Part shown: piece by piece, positions 25,525-38,645 of the stretch
Position numbering within the stretch: the first letter of the stretch is position 1
Layout: every line of letters starts with the position of its first letter
NCBI RefSeq assembly: GCF_018977255.1
Contig: NW_024704742.1
Location: forward strand, 4,032,001-4,096,000
Source: Callorhinchus milii
Lineage: Eukaryota
Direction: 5' to 3'
DNA: 64,000 bases
Made by a program: the position numbers and the translations under genes
Notes under the pieces: model-generated
Databases searched by the model: none
What the model was told of the DNA's origin: nothing
Seen by the model: only the letters and a program-made list of their open reading frames with translations

Positions 25525-25790
25525 TTAGGCGTCTTGTTCGACCCTCAACTGTCCTTTCGCCCCCACATTCGTGCCATGACCCGCTCTGCCTTCCCCCACC
25601 TCTGCAACATTGCCCGACCCTGCCGCTGCCTCACCCCTCAAGTTGCTGAAACCCTCATACATGCCTTCACTACAACCAGGCTCGACTATGCCAACGCCCT
25701 GCTTGTCGGCCTTCCCAACTCTTCCCTCCCAAGCTGCAGAACATCTAGACGTCTGCAGCCCGTGTCCTCTCCCGCACCAGGCTCCGTGAC
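25525..25790 (+). mobile_element. L2 LINE ORF2 fragment. Further L2 fragments (approximate): 2590-2920(+), 8410-8790(-), 38650-38960(-), 44400-44700(-), 56545-56860(+)
   Basis: FDPQLSFRPHI..AETLIHAFTTTRLDYANALLVGLP. Confidence 0.75.
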
Positions 25791-26704
25791 ACCAAAATCC
25801 CCAAATAAAATATTCATCATTCAATGCATTTTTTGACCATTCAGGTAGATATCAAACCATGACACGCTGTATGAAAGAGAAGGGAACTTTTCCCGATGTG
25901 CTGGCCAAAAATCCTCCAAATTAATCGGCCATTCACCCCACGTGAGACCTGGGTTTGCACAAAACACTTATCTACATAATCAATCACCATCCTTAGCAGT
26001 ATTTACTTGTGAAGCACTTTTGACACGATAATGCGCTCTAAAGATAGAAATGCTTTCTTTAAACATGTTTTTGAATGCATTAATGCTTGTATTTAATTCA
26101 ATGAGCCTTTGTAGTCAGCCATGCAAGCTTGGCGTGACTGGGTCTATGCTTTGATCTCTTGATGGTGAGGACTTTGAAGTCTTGATTTCCACAATTACAG
26201 AGAATATCAAGTTGAAAGGGTTACGACTGATTACAATCATTGATGCTTACAAAACAAGGAACAAACCCGAGGCACTGATTCTTGTGATTTGTCTATTTAT
26301 AAACTGAATCATTCTGTTTTTAGTTCAGCTGAGAGAAACGAGGATATTACACAGTAGAGTTCATAATTCACATACATTTCCTTTACTTTCCTTTTTCTTA
26401 CACATCAGTGTCAGCCTGACTCAGTTGATCTATCACCTCCGAGTGAACAGGTTGTGGGTTGAAGCACCCTGGGACGTCTTTCCAAAGTGAAGGGCGCTAT
26501 GCAAGTGTAAGTTGTTGTTGTTGTTGAAGCACCATGTCAGAACTTTGAACTCACTTAAGGCTGACACACCAATGCAGTATTGGAGACCTGTCCACTGGAA
26601 GAGATTTTAAACCAAGGTCGGTTCCTTATCTTTTTTGAAATTTGATGCCCACAACCTCACACAATAATCCAAATGAGATCTGACCAGGGCATAAGTAGAA
26701 ACTA

Positions 26705-27400
26705 GGCGTCAGGTTCGACCTTCCTCCCCCACATCCGGTCCCTTACCAGCACCGCTTTCTTCCACCTCTGACTCATCGCCCGTCTCCGCCAACACCTCTC
26801 TCCGAAAGCCGCTGAAACCCTGGTCCATGTCTTTGTCACCTCTCGACTGGACTATTCTAACGCCCTCCTCGCCGGCCTCCTATCCACTACCATCCATAAA
26901 ATCCAGATCATTCAAAACTCTGCTGCTCGCATTCTCACCCGCACCAAACTCCGCTCCCCGTTTACCCCAGTCCTCGCCAGACTGCACTGGCTGCCTGTCC
27001 CAGGGAGGATCGACTTCAAGATCCTCACTCTTGTATTCAAGTCCCTGCACTCCTCTGCACCCCCGACCTCTCTGACCTCCTCTCTCCTCAACAGTACCCG
27101 TTGCCTTCGTTCCTCCGGGTCTGGCCTCCTCCTCGTCCCCCGAGTGCTCCGCTCCACCCTCGGCGGCTGTGCCTTCAGACACTATGCCCCAAGGCTCTGA
27201 ATTCCCATCCTCACTCCCTTCACCTCGTTCCCTCTCTTCCTATTTTCAGGTCTCTGCTGAAGATCTTTCTCTTCGACCGCACCTTTGGTCACCCTCCCAC
27301 CACCTCCCCGACTCGGCCCCGGGATCCGTTACTGAGGAACGCTCTGAGACGCCATCCGGCGTGGAGGGCACTATATAAACCCAAGTTGTTGTTGTTGTAG
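26705..27400 (+). mobile_element. L2-clade LINE 3' fragment (end of ORF2 plus 3' UTR, (GTT)n tail)
   Basis: Encodes the L2 ORF2 C-terminal motifs HVFVTSRLDYSNALLAGL..QNSAARIL..LHWLPV..RIDFKIL; terminal GGCACTATATAAA..GTTGTTGTTG. Confidence 0.85.
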
Positions 27401-28030
27401 TAGTAAATCTATCATTTCCTTTCTTTTATATTCTTGCGCTAAATGCCAACATCCCGTTGGCTGCTACATCCCTACAAAAATACCTTAAGTTGTGAGATTT
27501 CAGTAACAGCCATCTGAACAGATGAACGCAATGCAGTGAAATTAGAGCGACCCTCAGCTGACAATAGTTTTTGCAGCGCAGTTCCACTATCGAAACCATG
27601 ACCTGACTGGACTATGTGCTCAGGACCACCTGCGACCAACCTGTGATTTAACAGTAGAAGAACCTCTTTATGCATATAAAACGTTTTCATGCATATAAAA
27701 CATTGAAGAGCCGGATAGATTTTTAATCAGTAACATTTTCTGGATCACTGCCGACCAGCCCCCTCACCATCCCGACCAGCTCTCCTTACCCCCCTCCCCC
27801 CACCCTCCTGGGGAGCACTGTATTTTGCTGTCCTTCAAACATTAAACTCACCTTCCTGTTTTAGTGGACTTTAAAGATACCACAACTCTATTCAAAAAGA
27901 GCAATCCCCCAAATAAAACCGGTCACTTATCAGTATATTTCAGAACATCTATATCTGTGTGGAGTGTTTTAACTGAAATCAGAAATTAAAATTGTAAAAA
28001 AAAATATTACAGATTTGAAAATTGAACATT

Positions 28031-28036
28031 TTTATT
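28031..28036 (-). terminator. Likely POLR1E polyadenylation signal (AATAAA)
   Basis: TTTATT on the + strand about 375 nt past the stop codon, with U-rich sequence downstream on the - strand. Confidence 0.5.
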
Positions 28037-28409
28037 GTGCCATAGAAATCCGGATCCACGCACTTCATTTCCTGATAATCTCCCCCACACATTCAGACTG
28101 AGTGCCACGACTGATGACTCAAAGAGTACTATGAAAATGTTATTAAAACAAGCAAATACCACCTTTCAACACATAATTCTAAGCCATCGTTAGCTATAAC
28201 GTTAGCCTGTTTACCACCAGCTCGAGCTTGGATCCCTGACTGACCAGCGCCTTGGGACGTCCTCCTGATGTGAAAGACGCTGCACAGATGTAATTTGCTG
28301 TTGTTTATAGTTGGCTCAGAAATCAATTCTTTGGTGTGAAATACTAGCACAAGATTCCTCACGGAGGCTGCTTCGTCAGTTTGGATTCACAGCATTGCTT
28401 GCGCTTTTC

Positions 28410-31400
28410 TTATCTAATTTTTCTTTTTTTACCCAAACCATGGGTTAGAATTGGCACAACTAAAGGCAATAATAGGGTCCCTATTTTATGGCTTTCTGCA
28501 CCAACTCCTGGAACATCCACGTTTTTCTTTCCAATCTTCAAACCCATCGCTCTGGCAATTTCCAACATTCTGAAAGCACAAAAGAGCTCTTTTCAGAAAC
28601 GAACGTTAGTTACAGTCCTCTGCACCAGAGAATAGTGTGAGGAGAGAACATAGCTCAAAAGTGAATAACTGAAACACATTTTAATAAGGCTTACTTGTTT
28701 TCACTGATCTTCAAATTTCTCTGTAGATGTGTCAGGTCAGTTTGAAAGCTATTGATATGTAAAGCCAAGGCGATAATGTACGCTGCTATCTTAGACTTCA
28801 TTGTGTCTGGCATTATGTTTTTTACACTGAAAGTAAAGACAGTAAAATGAGTTATAAATAAACTGTGAAAATGATATAAAAGCAGTGTGCTAAATCTTCT
28901 GCTCTGACAGAAACCTCACAGGCTGCCACGACACCACTGGGACTCTTCCACTCTGCATAGTAGTCAACTGGTCTGACATTGCTTATGTGGCGCTGCATTA
29001 GGACATTTCTTTGGTTCTTAGAGAGTTTAGGAGGAACTTCTTCACGCAGAGAATAATGATAATAATAATCCTTGCGATTGATATAGTGCTTTATCACGTC
29101 TTCGAGACGTCTCAAAGCATTTCACAGAATATACTGTAAAGTGAATTGACTGTATATTTTGTGGATGAAGTAGTGAAAATGCGGAACTTACTGTCAGAGG
29201 CTGTGGTCGAAGCAAACAGCAACAGAAAACAAAGAAGAGACAAATAGAAGGGGGAGAGGTTGGGGACTTGTGTGGAGTATTCACGCTATCATGGACTATT
29301 TCCGTGCTGTATCACTCAATGTAAGAAATTCTGCTGTGAAAATATATTTACCATCCATTGTTGTAGGTCAGGACTGTGAAATTTTTCATTAACTTGTTGT
29401 TTACAACATCCGCAACATCACTACCAAGAGAACCTGAAACACAGTTTATAAATGTTCAGGTGAATATGAATGTAGTCAGTACATCTCACAAGAAAGAACT
29501 TTGGAGGGTGGCAAAGATGATTCCGTGGTCCCAAAGGGTTAAAGCACTTAAAGCACTCTCTTAAAATCTAATTGTGAATACATCAAAGTTGTCAGTTTAA
29601 TGTTGACACAAACGAAAGGCAGTGAGATCAGTCTTACCTTTGTGTTTAATTTCTTTTTTCTTTAAGTTGTGCAATCTGATCAGAATTTGTAAGTAACACA
29701 GACAGCGAGTCATGTGATCACGTTTTTCCTTATCCCGAGGTAAGAACTGCAGTGCCTCCAGTACAAAGGATGAATAACTAAAAAGCACAGAATTAAACAG
29801 ATTAGACCACTGTGAAACAACCTCCCTGGGGACACCTCTTTATCAACATCTATATCTTTAACTCTGATTTACATTGTAATAAGTGTAACAGAATATGATG
29901 AAGTGACCTGGTGGATGTACTGGGAATAAAGAGCTCCACGGTAGCATTTAATTGGTTCTTAAGCTTTGGCAACGATTATCTTAGCTTATGGCTAGCTTCT
30001 CACTAGGAATGATAAGTGGGGCTATGAAACTCCTCACATTTGGACCTTATTTTCTCATTCAAGATTTTCTTCAGGGTACAGAATTTGGGCTTCATTTTAT
30101 TAACAGAAAAAAATACTTGCTTTTTTAAGCCTGTTAACAATAAAATTCACATCCGTCTCCTAGCTCAAAAGAAACTTCTCATGGCTTTGAAGGATGTTCT
30201 CTGTGATCACCGCGATCCCTACCCCACCTCACCCCACCCACTAACCAGCAAGTGGACAATCTGTAGTGCTAGGATCGCAGACTGCTTTACCTTCAAACCA
30301 AAGGTTCTAACGTTAGTCCTGGCAATAAGAGTAGAACTGTACAGCCAAAGTACAATAACACATAGTTATTATGGCTGGTCCCCAGGGGGATGTATGTCAT
30401 ACTCACTTGTCACTTTTTTCTAGTTTCCTAATATCTTCTGAGGTGCTTGTCTTAAACTTTTCAGAGAAAGGTTCCATTGCTTGATATTCAGCATTGGAGA
30501 AGACTAATTATGAATTAAGGAACCAAGCAAGCGTTATCAACTGAGCCAAGCCAACTGACAGCTGAGGTAAGGCACTAGTGGTGAATGCAAGGATCAAACC
30601 TGTGCCGCGTATATTTTGACTGCAATAGATTAATACCCTATGCTAAATAAGTCTAGTGACAACACAGATATAATTTAGCTTGTTATACTGCTGTGTTTCG
30701 GGTCCAAATAATTAGACAATCCATTATAACGTAGAAAACACCTACCCTCTGACAGCCTTGCTCCCTCCCCACCCTTACTTCTGTGACCTCCTAGCCCCCT
30801 ATCAACCTGTCTGCTCCCTCAGCTCAGCAGGCTCCAGCCTGCTTCACGTGCCCCATCTTGCCCGCCACCACCATTGGCCGGCGGGCCTTCAGCCTCTCTG
30901 ACCCCACCCTCTGGAACTCCATCCCAGTCCCTCCATCTCGCCCCCTCCCTTGCCTCCTTCAAGACCCATCTCAGAGACCCTCCTCTTCGACTGTGCCTTC
31001 GGTCACCCTCCTACCCCTACCCTCCCCACCAGCTCGGGTGCAGAACCCTGACTGTCCAGCGCCTTGGGACGTCCTCCTGATGTGAAAGACACTATACAAA
31101 TATAATTTGTTGTTGTTCCTCACTGTAACATTTTGTCCACAGCTGCTAAAGGCAACGATGAGAGTCAGCCTACTGCATTGTGCTCATTTGCAAAACAGCA
31201 TAAGATGGGCACACCAAGCTAACCCTGGGTCCTGTTTACACTGAGCACGAGCACAATACGCCAACACGTAAAGGATACGATCCTCAAACGGGTAAACATC
31301 TTCGGGTTTCTTTGCATCAACGTGGCACGGTGGAAGAAAGGCTGACATATCTTGAGCGTCAAACTGTGCTGCTTCGCTGGATAAAGCTTCGGAAATTAAT

Positions 31401-34400
31401 TTGAACAGGTTGAAAAAATTACATGTAAAGGAAAATTGTGGAATGTTCCAAAACAAACAAGAGAGAGGAAGCTGGGCTTTCTAAATCCCCAAGCCAGAAA
31501 TTTACATGACAAAATCAGTTATGTCAGATTGGATGAGATTGAGAAATCAATTGCCAACTTCCCTCTCCTTAGGTGCCCGTTGCCCAAATATACCTCAATA
31601 CACAGTACTAGCCAACTATCTAAAATAGATTGAAGTTCGCAAAATGTACTAAGCACCCCCCAACATTCTGCCTCAGATCAATAATTCCGATCGCTGTGAA
31701 GAAAATTCTTATAATAAGCCGTGTATTTGATGTTGCGCCTTACCACGTTGTCGAGACGTCTCAAAGCGCTTCACGGGATACACTGCAAAGTGGTCTGACT
31801 GTGCGTATTTTGTGTGCGAATGCAGGAGATAATTTGCGCGCAGCAATATCCCACAAACAGCCATGGAGTGAGTGACCAATTTTGTTTGGGGGATTGTTGC
31901 GTCAAGACTGAAGGATTAAAGGATCAGCTTCCTTCCCTTATCGAGAAACATTTTGATCTCAACCAGCTGTGTTAAGCAGGGAGACTCTGCTCTGCACATT
32001 TTTGTAGCTCTTAATCACTCCTTACCTTCTATCCCCTTTCTCTCAATCACATTTTCTGCTGCTTTGGCCACAGCTTTCTGCAAAGTCTCATTTCCAACCT
32101 CATTTAATCTTCGCGAGCTCAAGGCACGCTTCTGTTTGTTGGTACCAAAGGCCTCAATGAGGGAGTTCACCTAAATACCAACACAAATAAGTATGTTTTT
32201 TTTTTAGAATCATCAATTCAGTTTAGACAGACTCAAAGCAAGCAAATAATCCAAGCAGTTGAAGCTTACAAGTCATGAGCTCTAGGCTCCCACTGCCATC
32301 TTAGTTGGGTAGTGACTATTAGCTCTCATTACTAAGAGAGCACAGGAGGGGCTCCATTGTGAAGATGTTGGGATTCATGGGAAAAAGAGCACAATGGTAG
32401 AGCTCACAAATCAGGAAAGTCACAGAACAGGTGGGGGTTACGGAGACGGAGTGTCAGTGTATCACTCTCTCTCTCTTATTAGTTCTCCCCCCTCTCTGTC
32501 TTGCAAATTTTGTCCCACACTCTCTTGCTATTCCGATTTTTCTCTTTCCTCACACTCTTCCCCCTTTCACACCTCGTATCTTCCGCTTGTTCGACACACA
32601 TTCTCTTGTCTTTTGGTTTTCTTACATCCAACTCGCATTCACTTATATAGTACGTGTTTCCTCCACCTCCCCTCCTTTATCTGTGTTTTTTAAAAAGGTT
32701 TCCCTAAAACTTTCTGTGTTCAAAAATATTTCTAATTAGTCCAAGTCTTTACAAAATAGGCTGTGGTTATCCAATTTAAAACTTTTGACCCTACTTTTCT
32801 CGATTCCCTGAGTGACAGAAAGAAATTTGAAAGGTGGGGCTGTGGCCTTTGCCAAAACTTTATATATAGATGCTTTACAACTGGCTATCAGCAGTTTTCA
32901 GCCCACCTCACACAAATAAACATTTTCTCGCCTGGGCCCTACTTTTTATTTTATCTTCCAAAAATCTAATTTGTGACCTGAGGAAAGATTAAAGGAATGT
33001 ACCTCAGAGAAAAATCTTAGCTGATGCAGCCGAAGAAAAAAAAACTGGTACATGATACTCAAAAGTTTACAAAGTGGAATTCTGGTACAGTGGAAGCTGG
33101 TTAAGCCGGACACATCGGCGACGTACATTTTGTCCAGCTTAAGCGGTTTCGTCCGCACGCTGAGGTGAGATGGTGCCACGTGTGGAGGTTTATACAAAAG
33201 GGAAGTCAGTCTGAAACTTTGTTGAGTGCCTTCAGATTTCAGATGAGTTTTTTTACCAATCTTTCTTTACGAGCTTGTGAGCAATCTACAATATTCGAAC
33301 CAAGGAAGGAGGATCTTCACTGTGCCTCCTTTCAGAAGCATCCAAATAGGTAACCTCCTTCTACTCCATTTCCCAACCAAAAAAAAAATCATTGTTTAAG
33401 GGGAGTATGAGCTAAACTGTCATCCATTACTTGGAAAATAATTACCTTGTCTCTGTAAGAGGTGAGTTTTTCACCAGAATCGACTTCTGCAAACGATTCA
33501 CCTGAAGACACAACACTGCAATTAATACATTGATCTGACCTAATATACATTCAAAATACATCTGTCAGTGAGGCTGAAAGTCTATTACAATACAGACATA
33601 GTTGGTATCACAGGTAATGATGCTGTAGTATTTTGCATTGAAACCACAGTTAGACAGACCACAAACAACAAGTCTCAGGTGCAGATAGGGACACCCATTG
33701 CACGAGGAAAATGCAGAGTGCCCCATTATTAACAATATGGAGTTAACCATACAGCCTCCCTTAAGATTCCTCTGATTCATTAATCTCAAAATCAACTAAA
33801 ACTGCATCCAATTTATTGACAGGACGGTAAGAATTGACTGAGAACAGCGGTAAAGACCTGGGAGCAAATCCTTTAGTCTGGGTTCTTGGGAAGAGAGGTA
33901 TGATATAGTGCAACCTGTACAATAATGGGTGTACACTTACCAGGAATCGTAGGCTGCAGGTTGAACAGTTGAGCATCATGAACGTTCATTACCCCTGTGG
34001 TTTTATTCAGCACCCCAACAAAATACCTGAAAATAATATATTCATAAAATATTGCCATCAACTCTTCGGTCGTTTATTTCTTAACAATTTCCAGTCACAT
34101 TAAATGAAAGAGTGGCTTGGTTTTATTATAAATTCCCAACCTCTGCTGCCCCCAAGAAAAAGCAGTGACATGCTACCAAACCATGCAGATCTGAGGATTT
34201 ATACCTTCTCTGTCCCCTGACAGTATGGCATTTAAGAATACAATCTGATTCAGTATTTCTGGTCTAGAGGAAAACAAAATGACTAGGGTTTCTGCATCTG
34301 TTCACTATCCAGCGATGTCCACGCAAATGTTTTGACATTATGTAGGACCAGGATCGAGCTTGACTAAAATTGCCTCCAAGATCATACACTCAATGTCCAA

Positions 34401-37400
34401 GATATTTTCTTTGAAAAGAAGTGTGTCCTGTGCAATAATCCTTTCGATTAATTAGTCATTCATCTCACGAATATTTGTGAAACCTAGGCCTGTGCAAAAT
34501 GACTGCCACGTTTGCCCTCATAAAGGCAATACATTTGACAGTAATTATTGTAATTGTGCAGTCCTGTAGCTCAGTGATTAGAGCGCTCGTCTTGTAAGCG
34601 AGAGACCTGGGTTCGATTCCCGGCAGGACAAAATCTAAGTTTCTTTACTCCATATGCCTGATAATAATCCCTCAAGACATAAAATAATAAAAAAAAATAA
34701 TTTGGTCATTCAATCCACGACTGTTTGTGGGACACTGCTGTGCGCAATTGGCTGCCGCGTTTCACCCACAAATATACAGTCAATTCACTTTACAGTACAT
34801 CCTGTGAAGCGCTTTGAGACGTCGAGAAGACGTGAAAAGCGCTGTATCGAATGCAAGGATTATTTATTATTATAATTACATTTGACAGTAATCATACAGA
34901 TGTAATTTGTTGTTAAAAAGATTGAGATACTTTGATGTTATAGGTGCTATAAAAATGTACCCTCTTTCTCATGTCCTCTAGGATCGCCCACGCAAGAAAG
35001 GCAACTTGGGTAAAAGGTACCACAGGGTGACTGCTGCCTGCAGAATTGTACACTAGCGAGTCTCAGCATCTTCAGAAGCAGAATATAAAAGCTGGGGAAG
35101 TTGTAAACCTTTGGAATAAATATCCTTTTCCTGTTCTTATTCTCATTACAAAATGAACAAGAATTTTAAAAGTTAAATGCAAGAAACATAACGTACCTAC
35201 GAACACAATAGTCTGTGAGGGTATCTAAAAAAAGACTTACTTGCACAATGAGTTGCATTTTGGAGCACCCGGGCCAAAATTGCTTCCAACATACGTCAGT
35301 CTGTCTGTTTCAGCAGACTGCAGGGGAAGGGAAAAGAAACAAACTGTACCCGCAATTCCTTAATTGTACAAGAAATGTCAGAACCATAATGTAATGATAT
35401 TTTATACAGGCAAGCAGCATTCATCTTTTTAGACGCGCCATCCTACATTCCCTTCGCCTTGCTCCTTCTCCTGCCTCCTTCACGGCACATCTCAAAACCC
35501 TCCTCTTTGACTGCTCTTTTGGCCACCCTCCGACGCTCCCTGCCCTCCACAGTCCCGACCCCCAGCTCGGGTCCAAATCCCTGACTGTCCAGCGCCTTGG
35601 GACGTCCTCCCGATGTGAAAGCTGCTATGCAAATGTAATATTGCATTGTATAAAAGTGGATAACTGCAGAGGCTGCCAATGAGGTGTCACCTGACTGATG
35701 CATGTCCATGAGGTCCTGTCCATTTGCTCAAAGGGATGATAAAGGTCCCCTGGCACTATTCAAAAAGAGACAGGAGTTTCTCCCAGTGTCATGGCCAACA
35801 ATCCCCCCAAATAAAATTGGTCATTCACTCCATAGCTGTTTGTAGGACAGTGGATATGCAAACTAGCTGCCACATTCGCCTACAGAAATCAGAATCTGTA
35901 ATCACTACACTAAAGACAAGTCCTGTGAAATGATTTGCGACGTCCTCCCGAAGTGAAGGGCACTCTATTAAGTACAGGGATTACTCTTATTTTTTTAATG
36001 TAACTCTTACCAAGACAAGGTGATGTTTCTTCCTGGGGTTCGCCTTGTGTATACTTTTGTGGAGCTGAAACTTCACAGTTTGAGAATTCGGGAGCTTCCC
36101 ATTTGAAAACTGAACTACAAGATCAAAAGCAAAATAAAATCAATCAAATCATCCAGTTAGTAATTATATACAGCTACCACGGAGCAGCCTGAAGGATGAT
36201 CTGAGCTCAGTGTTTCTTTTATGCCCTAATAAAGCAGCTATCTCAGCACAGACCAGAGATCAAACTTGGGGTATCCCAGGGGAATAAGGCTCACTTTCAA
36301 ACCACCAGTTGCTTTAACACTGAGGGAGGGGACAAGGCGGAGGGATTGAGGGGGAGTTCCAGAGTTTCAGGGGTGAGGTGGCGGAAGGCACGGCCACCGA
36401 TGGTGGAACGGAGGGCACGAGGGACAAACAGGAGCACGGAGCCATCTGAGCGGAGGAAGCGGGTGGTGGGAGTGGGGGGGGTTAATCGGTCGGAGAGGTG
36501 CGAGGACGTGAAGGCATTTGAAAACCATTGAGAGGATCTTGAAATCGATCCGTTCGGTGATTGGGAGCCAGTGGAGCCCGGCAAGGACTGGCGTGATGGG
36601 GGTCCGGAGTTTCGTGCGGGCGAGTATCCGGTCGGCAGAGTTTTGAACGAATTGGATTTTGTGTACGGTGGAGCTGGGGAGACCAGCGAGGAGGGCGTTG
36701 GAAAGTGACAAAGGCTCGGACGAGGTTTTCAGCTGCGTCGGTTGTGAGGTACGGACGGAGGCGGGCAACGTGACGAAGGTGGAAAAACGCGGTCCTGGTC
36801 AGGGAACGGATGTGCGGCAGAAAGGATGTGCTCGAGCCTGACGCCTATGTTGCGCACGGTTTCCGAGAGTCTGAGGGAGAGCCCGAGGAGCTTGAGGAGT
36901 TCAGACCCGGAAGGGAGGGAAGACGTTGACGGGATCCAACGAGGATGGCTTCCGTCTTGTCGACATTCAGCTGCGGGAAAACTTGGCCCTCGTCCGGGCC
37001 TTGATGTCCGCGGAACAAGCTGACAGGACGTTGGAGGACTGGGAGTCGCAGCTGGAGGAGGAGATTTGGGGCTTATTCCACGCGTGGAATTTCTGCACGT
37101 GCGGGGGCTGGGGGCGGGGGGCTGGGCTGGGGCTGGGGCGGGGGCGGGGGCTGGGGGGGGTGGGTGCTGGGAGCGGAGGGGGTGGGGGCTGTGTCGTGTG
37201 TGTAATGCGAGAAACTTCCACGTGTCGGTGGGAAGCGCGAGAACTCTGAGTTTGGTTTGGATACTCGTGAAGCCTCACCACAGGTTTCTGAATGTGTCAG
37301 ACACCCGACTGTCCAAAGAGCAACATCTGCAAACAGCCCCCACACCCCACACACAGCCCCCACACCCCACACACAGGCCCCACACCCCACACAGCCCCCA

Positions 37401-38101
37401 CACCCCACACACAGCCCCCACACCCCCACACACCCCCACACCCCCACACAGCCCCCACACCCCGCACAGCCCCCACACCCCCACACACAGCCCCACACCC
37501 CGCACAGCCCCCACACCCCGCACAGCCCCCACACCCCGCACAGCCCCCACACCCCACACAGCCCCCACACCCCACACAGCCCCCACACCCCACACAGCCC
37601 CACACCCACACAGCCCCCACACCCCCACACAGCCCCCACACCCCGCACAGCCCCCACACCCCGCACAGCCCCCACACCCCGCACAGCCCCCACACCCCGC
37701 ACAGCCCCCACACCCCGCACACAGCCCCCACACCCGCACAGCCCCACACCCCACACAGCCCCACACCCCCACACAGCCCCCACACCCCACACAGCCCCCA
37801 CACCCACACACCCCCACACCCCACACACAGCCCCCACACCCCACACAGCCCCCACACCCCACACAGCCCCCACACCCCACACACAGCCCCACACCCCACA
37901 CACAGCCCCACACCCCACACACAGCCCCCACACCCCACACAGCCCCCACACCCCACACACAGCCCCCACACCCCCGCCACCCCCACACACAGCCCCCACC
38001 CCCCGCACCGTCTCCTGACTCAGTTTATTACCGACACACACGGGCTCCGGTGGGTTCGGCTCCGGTCTCTCGTTAAATTTCCACACACCGAAAGCAGCCA
38101 T
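28410..38101 (-). CDS. POLR1E: RNA polymerase I subunit RPA49/PAF53. complement(join(38032..38101,36011..36114,35241..35317,33941..34026,33446..33501,32026..32170,31279..31386,30407..30503,29638..29777,29352..29433,28695..28826,28410..28569)), 418 aa
   Basis: Spliced translation contains VQFSNGKL, AETDRLTYVGSNFG, YFVGVLNKTTGVMNVHDAQLFNLQP, IEAFGTNKQKRAL, LPPCHVDAKKPEDVYPFEDL, KIAAYIIALALHINSFQTDL and a basic C-terminus KKRKIR*. Twelve exons, phases consistent, total 1257 nt. Exon 1 is the least conserved but gives ATG, a GTAATA donor and the correct phase. Confidence 0.94.
30504..31278 (-). other. U12-type (minor spliceosome) GT-AG intron 7 of POLR1E
   Basis: 5' splice site GTATCCTTTAC; branch site TTCCTTAAT (30514-30522) about 10 nt from the AG; no real polypyrimidine tract; joining restores the frame (..FEDL/FSNAEY..). 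Confidence 0.9.
34556..34875 (+). mobile_element. tRNA-derived SINE, same family
   Basis: GTCCTGTAGCTCAGTGATTAGAGC..GGGTTCGATTCCCGGCAGG head, conserved body and tail. Confidence 0.85.
36300..37065 (-). mobile_element. L2-clade LINE ORF2 fragment in POLR1E intron 1
   Basis: NALLAGLPSSTVHKIQFVQNSADRILARTKLRTPITPVLAGLHWLPITERIDFKIL in ORF 36367..36768. Confidence 0.85.
37333..38008. repeat. C/A-rich minisatellite (CACAGCCCCCACACCCC, ~17-20 nt units) in POLR1E intron 1
   Basis: Directly visible tandem units; G-rich on the - strand. Confidence 0.95.
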
Positions 38102-38123
38102 TGCTCCTCACAGCAGCCGAGAG

Positions 38124-38645
38124 CCAAACAGCGCCCCCTACCGCCCCTCCCCAAACAGCGCCCCCTACCGCCCCCTCCCAAACAGCGCCCCCTCCCCAAA
38201 CAGCGCCCCTACCGCCCCCTCCCCAAACAGCGCCCCCTACCGCCCCCTCCCCAAACAGCGCCCCCTCCCCAAACAGCGCCCCTACCGCCCCTCCCCAAAC
38301 AGCGCCCCCTACCGCCCCCTCCCCAAACACCGCCCCCTCCCCAAACAGCGCCACCTCCCCAAACAGCGCCCCTACCGCCCCTCCCCAAACAGCGCCCCCT
38401 CCCCAAACAGCGCCCCCTACCGCCCCCTCCCCAAACAGCGCCCCCTCCCCAAACAGCGCCCCCTACCGCCCCTCCCCAAACAGCGCCCCTACCGCCCCTC
38501 CCCAAACACCGCCCCCTCCCCAAACAGCGCCCCCTACCGCCCCCTCCCCAAACAGCGCCCCTACCGCCCCCTCCCCAAACACCGCCCCTCCCCAAACAGC
38601 GCCACCTCCCCAAACAGCGCCACCTACCGCCCCCTCCCCAAACAC
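38124..38645. repeat. Minisatellite of CCCCAAACAGCGCCCCCT(ACCGCCCCCT) units immediately upstream of the POLR1E ATG
   Basis: About 18 and 28 nt alternating units, directly visible. Confidence 0.95.

Noticed and set aside
29890..29990. ATGATGA box-C-like motif suggesting an intronic snoRNA
   Set aside because: On the strand opposite to POLR1E transcription, with no convincing D box or terminal stem.
34560..34630. tRNA-like sequences with A and B boxes (also 12312, 47335, 62276, 7290, 62600)
   Set aside because: They are SINE heads joined to SINE body and tail, with variable anticodon arms; not tRNA genes.
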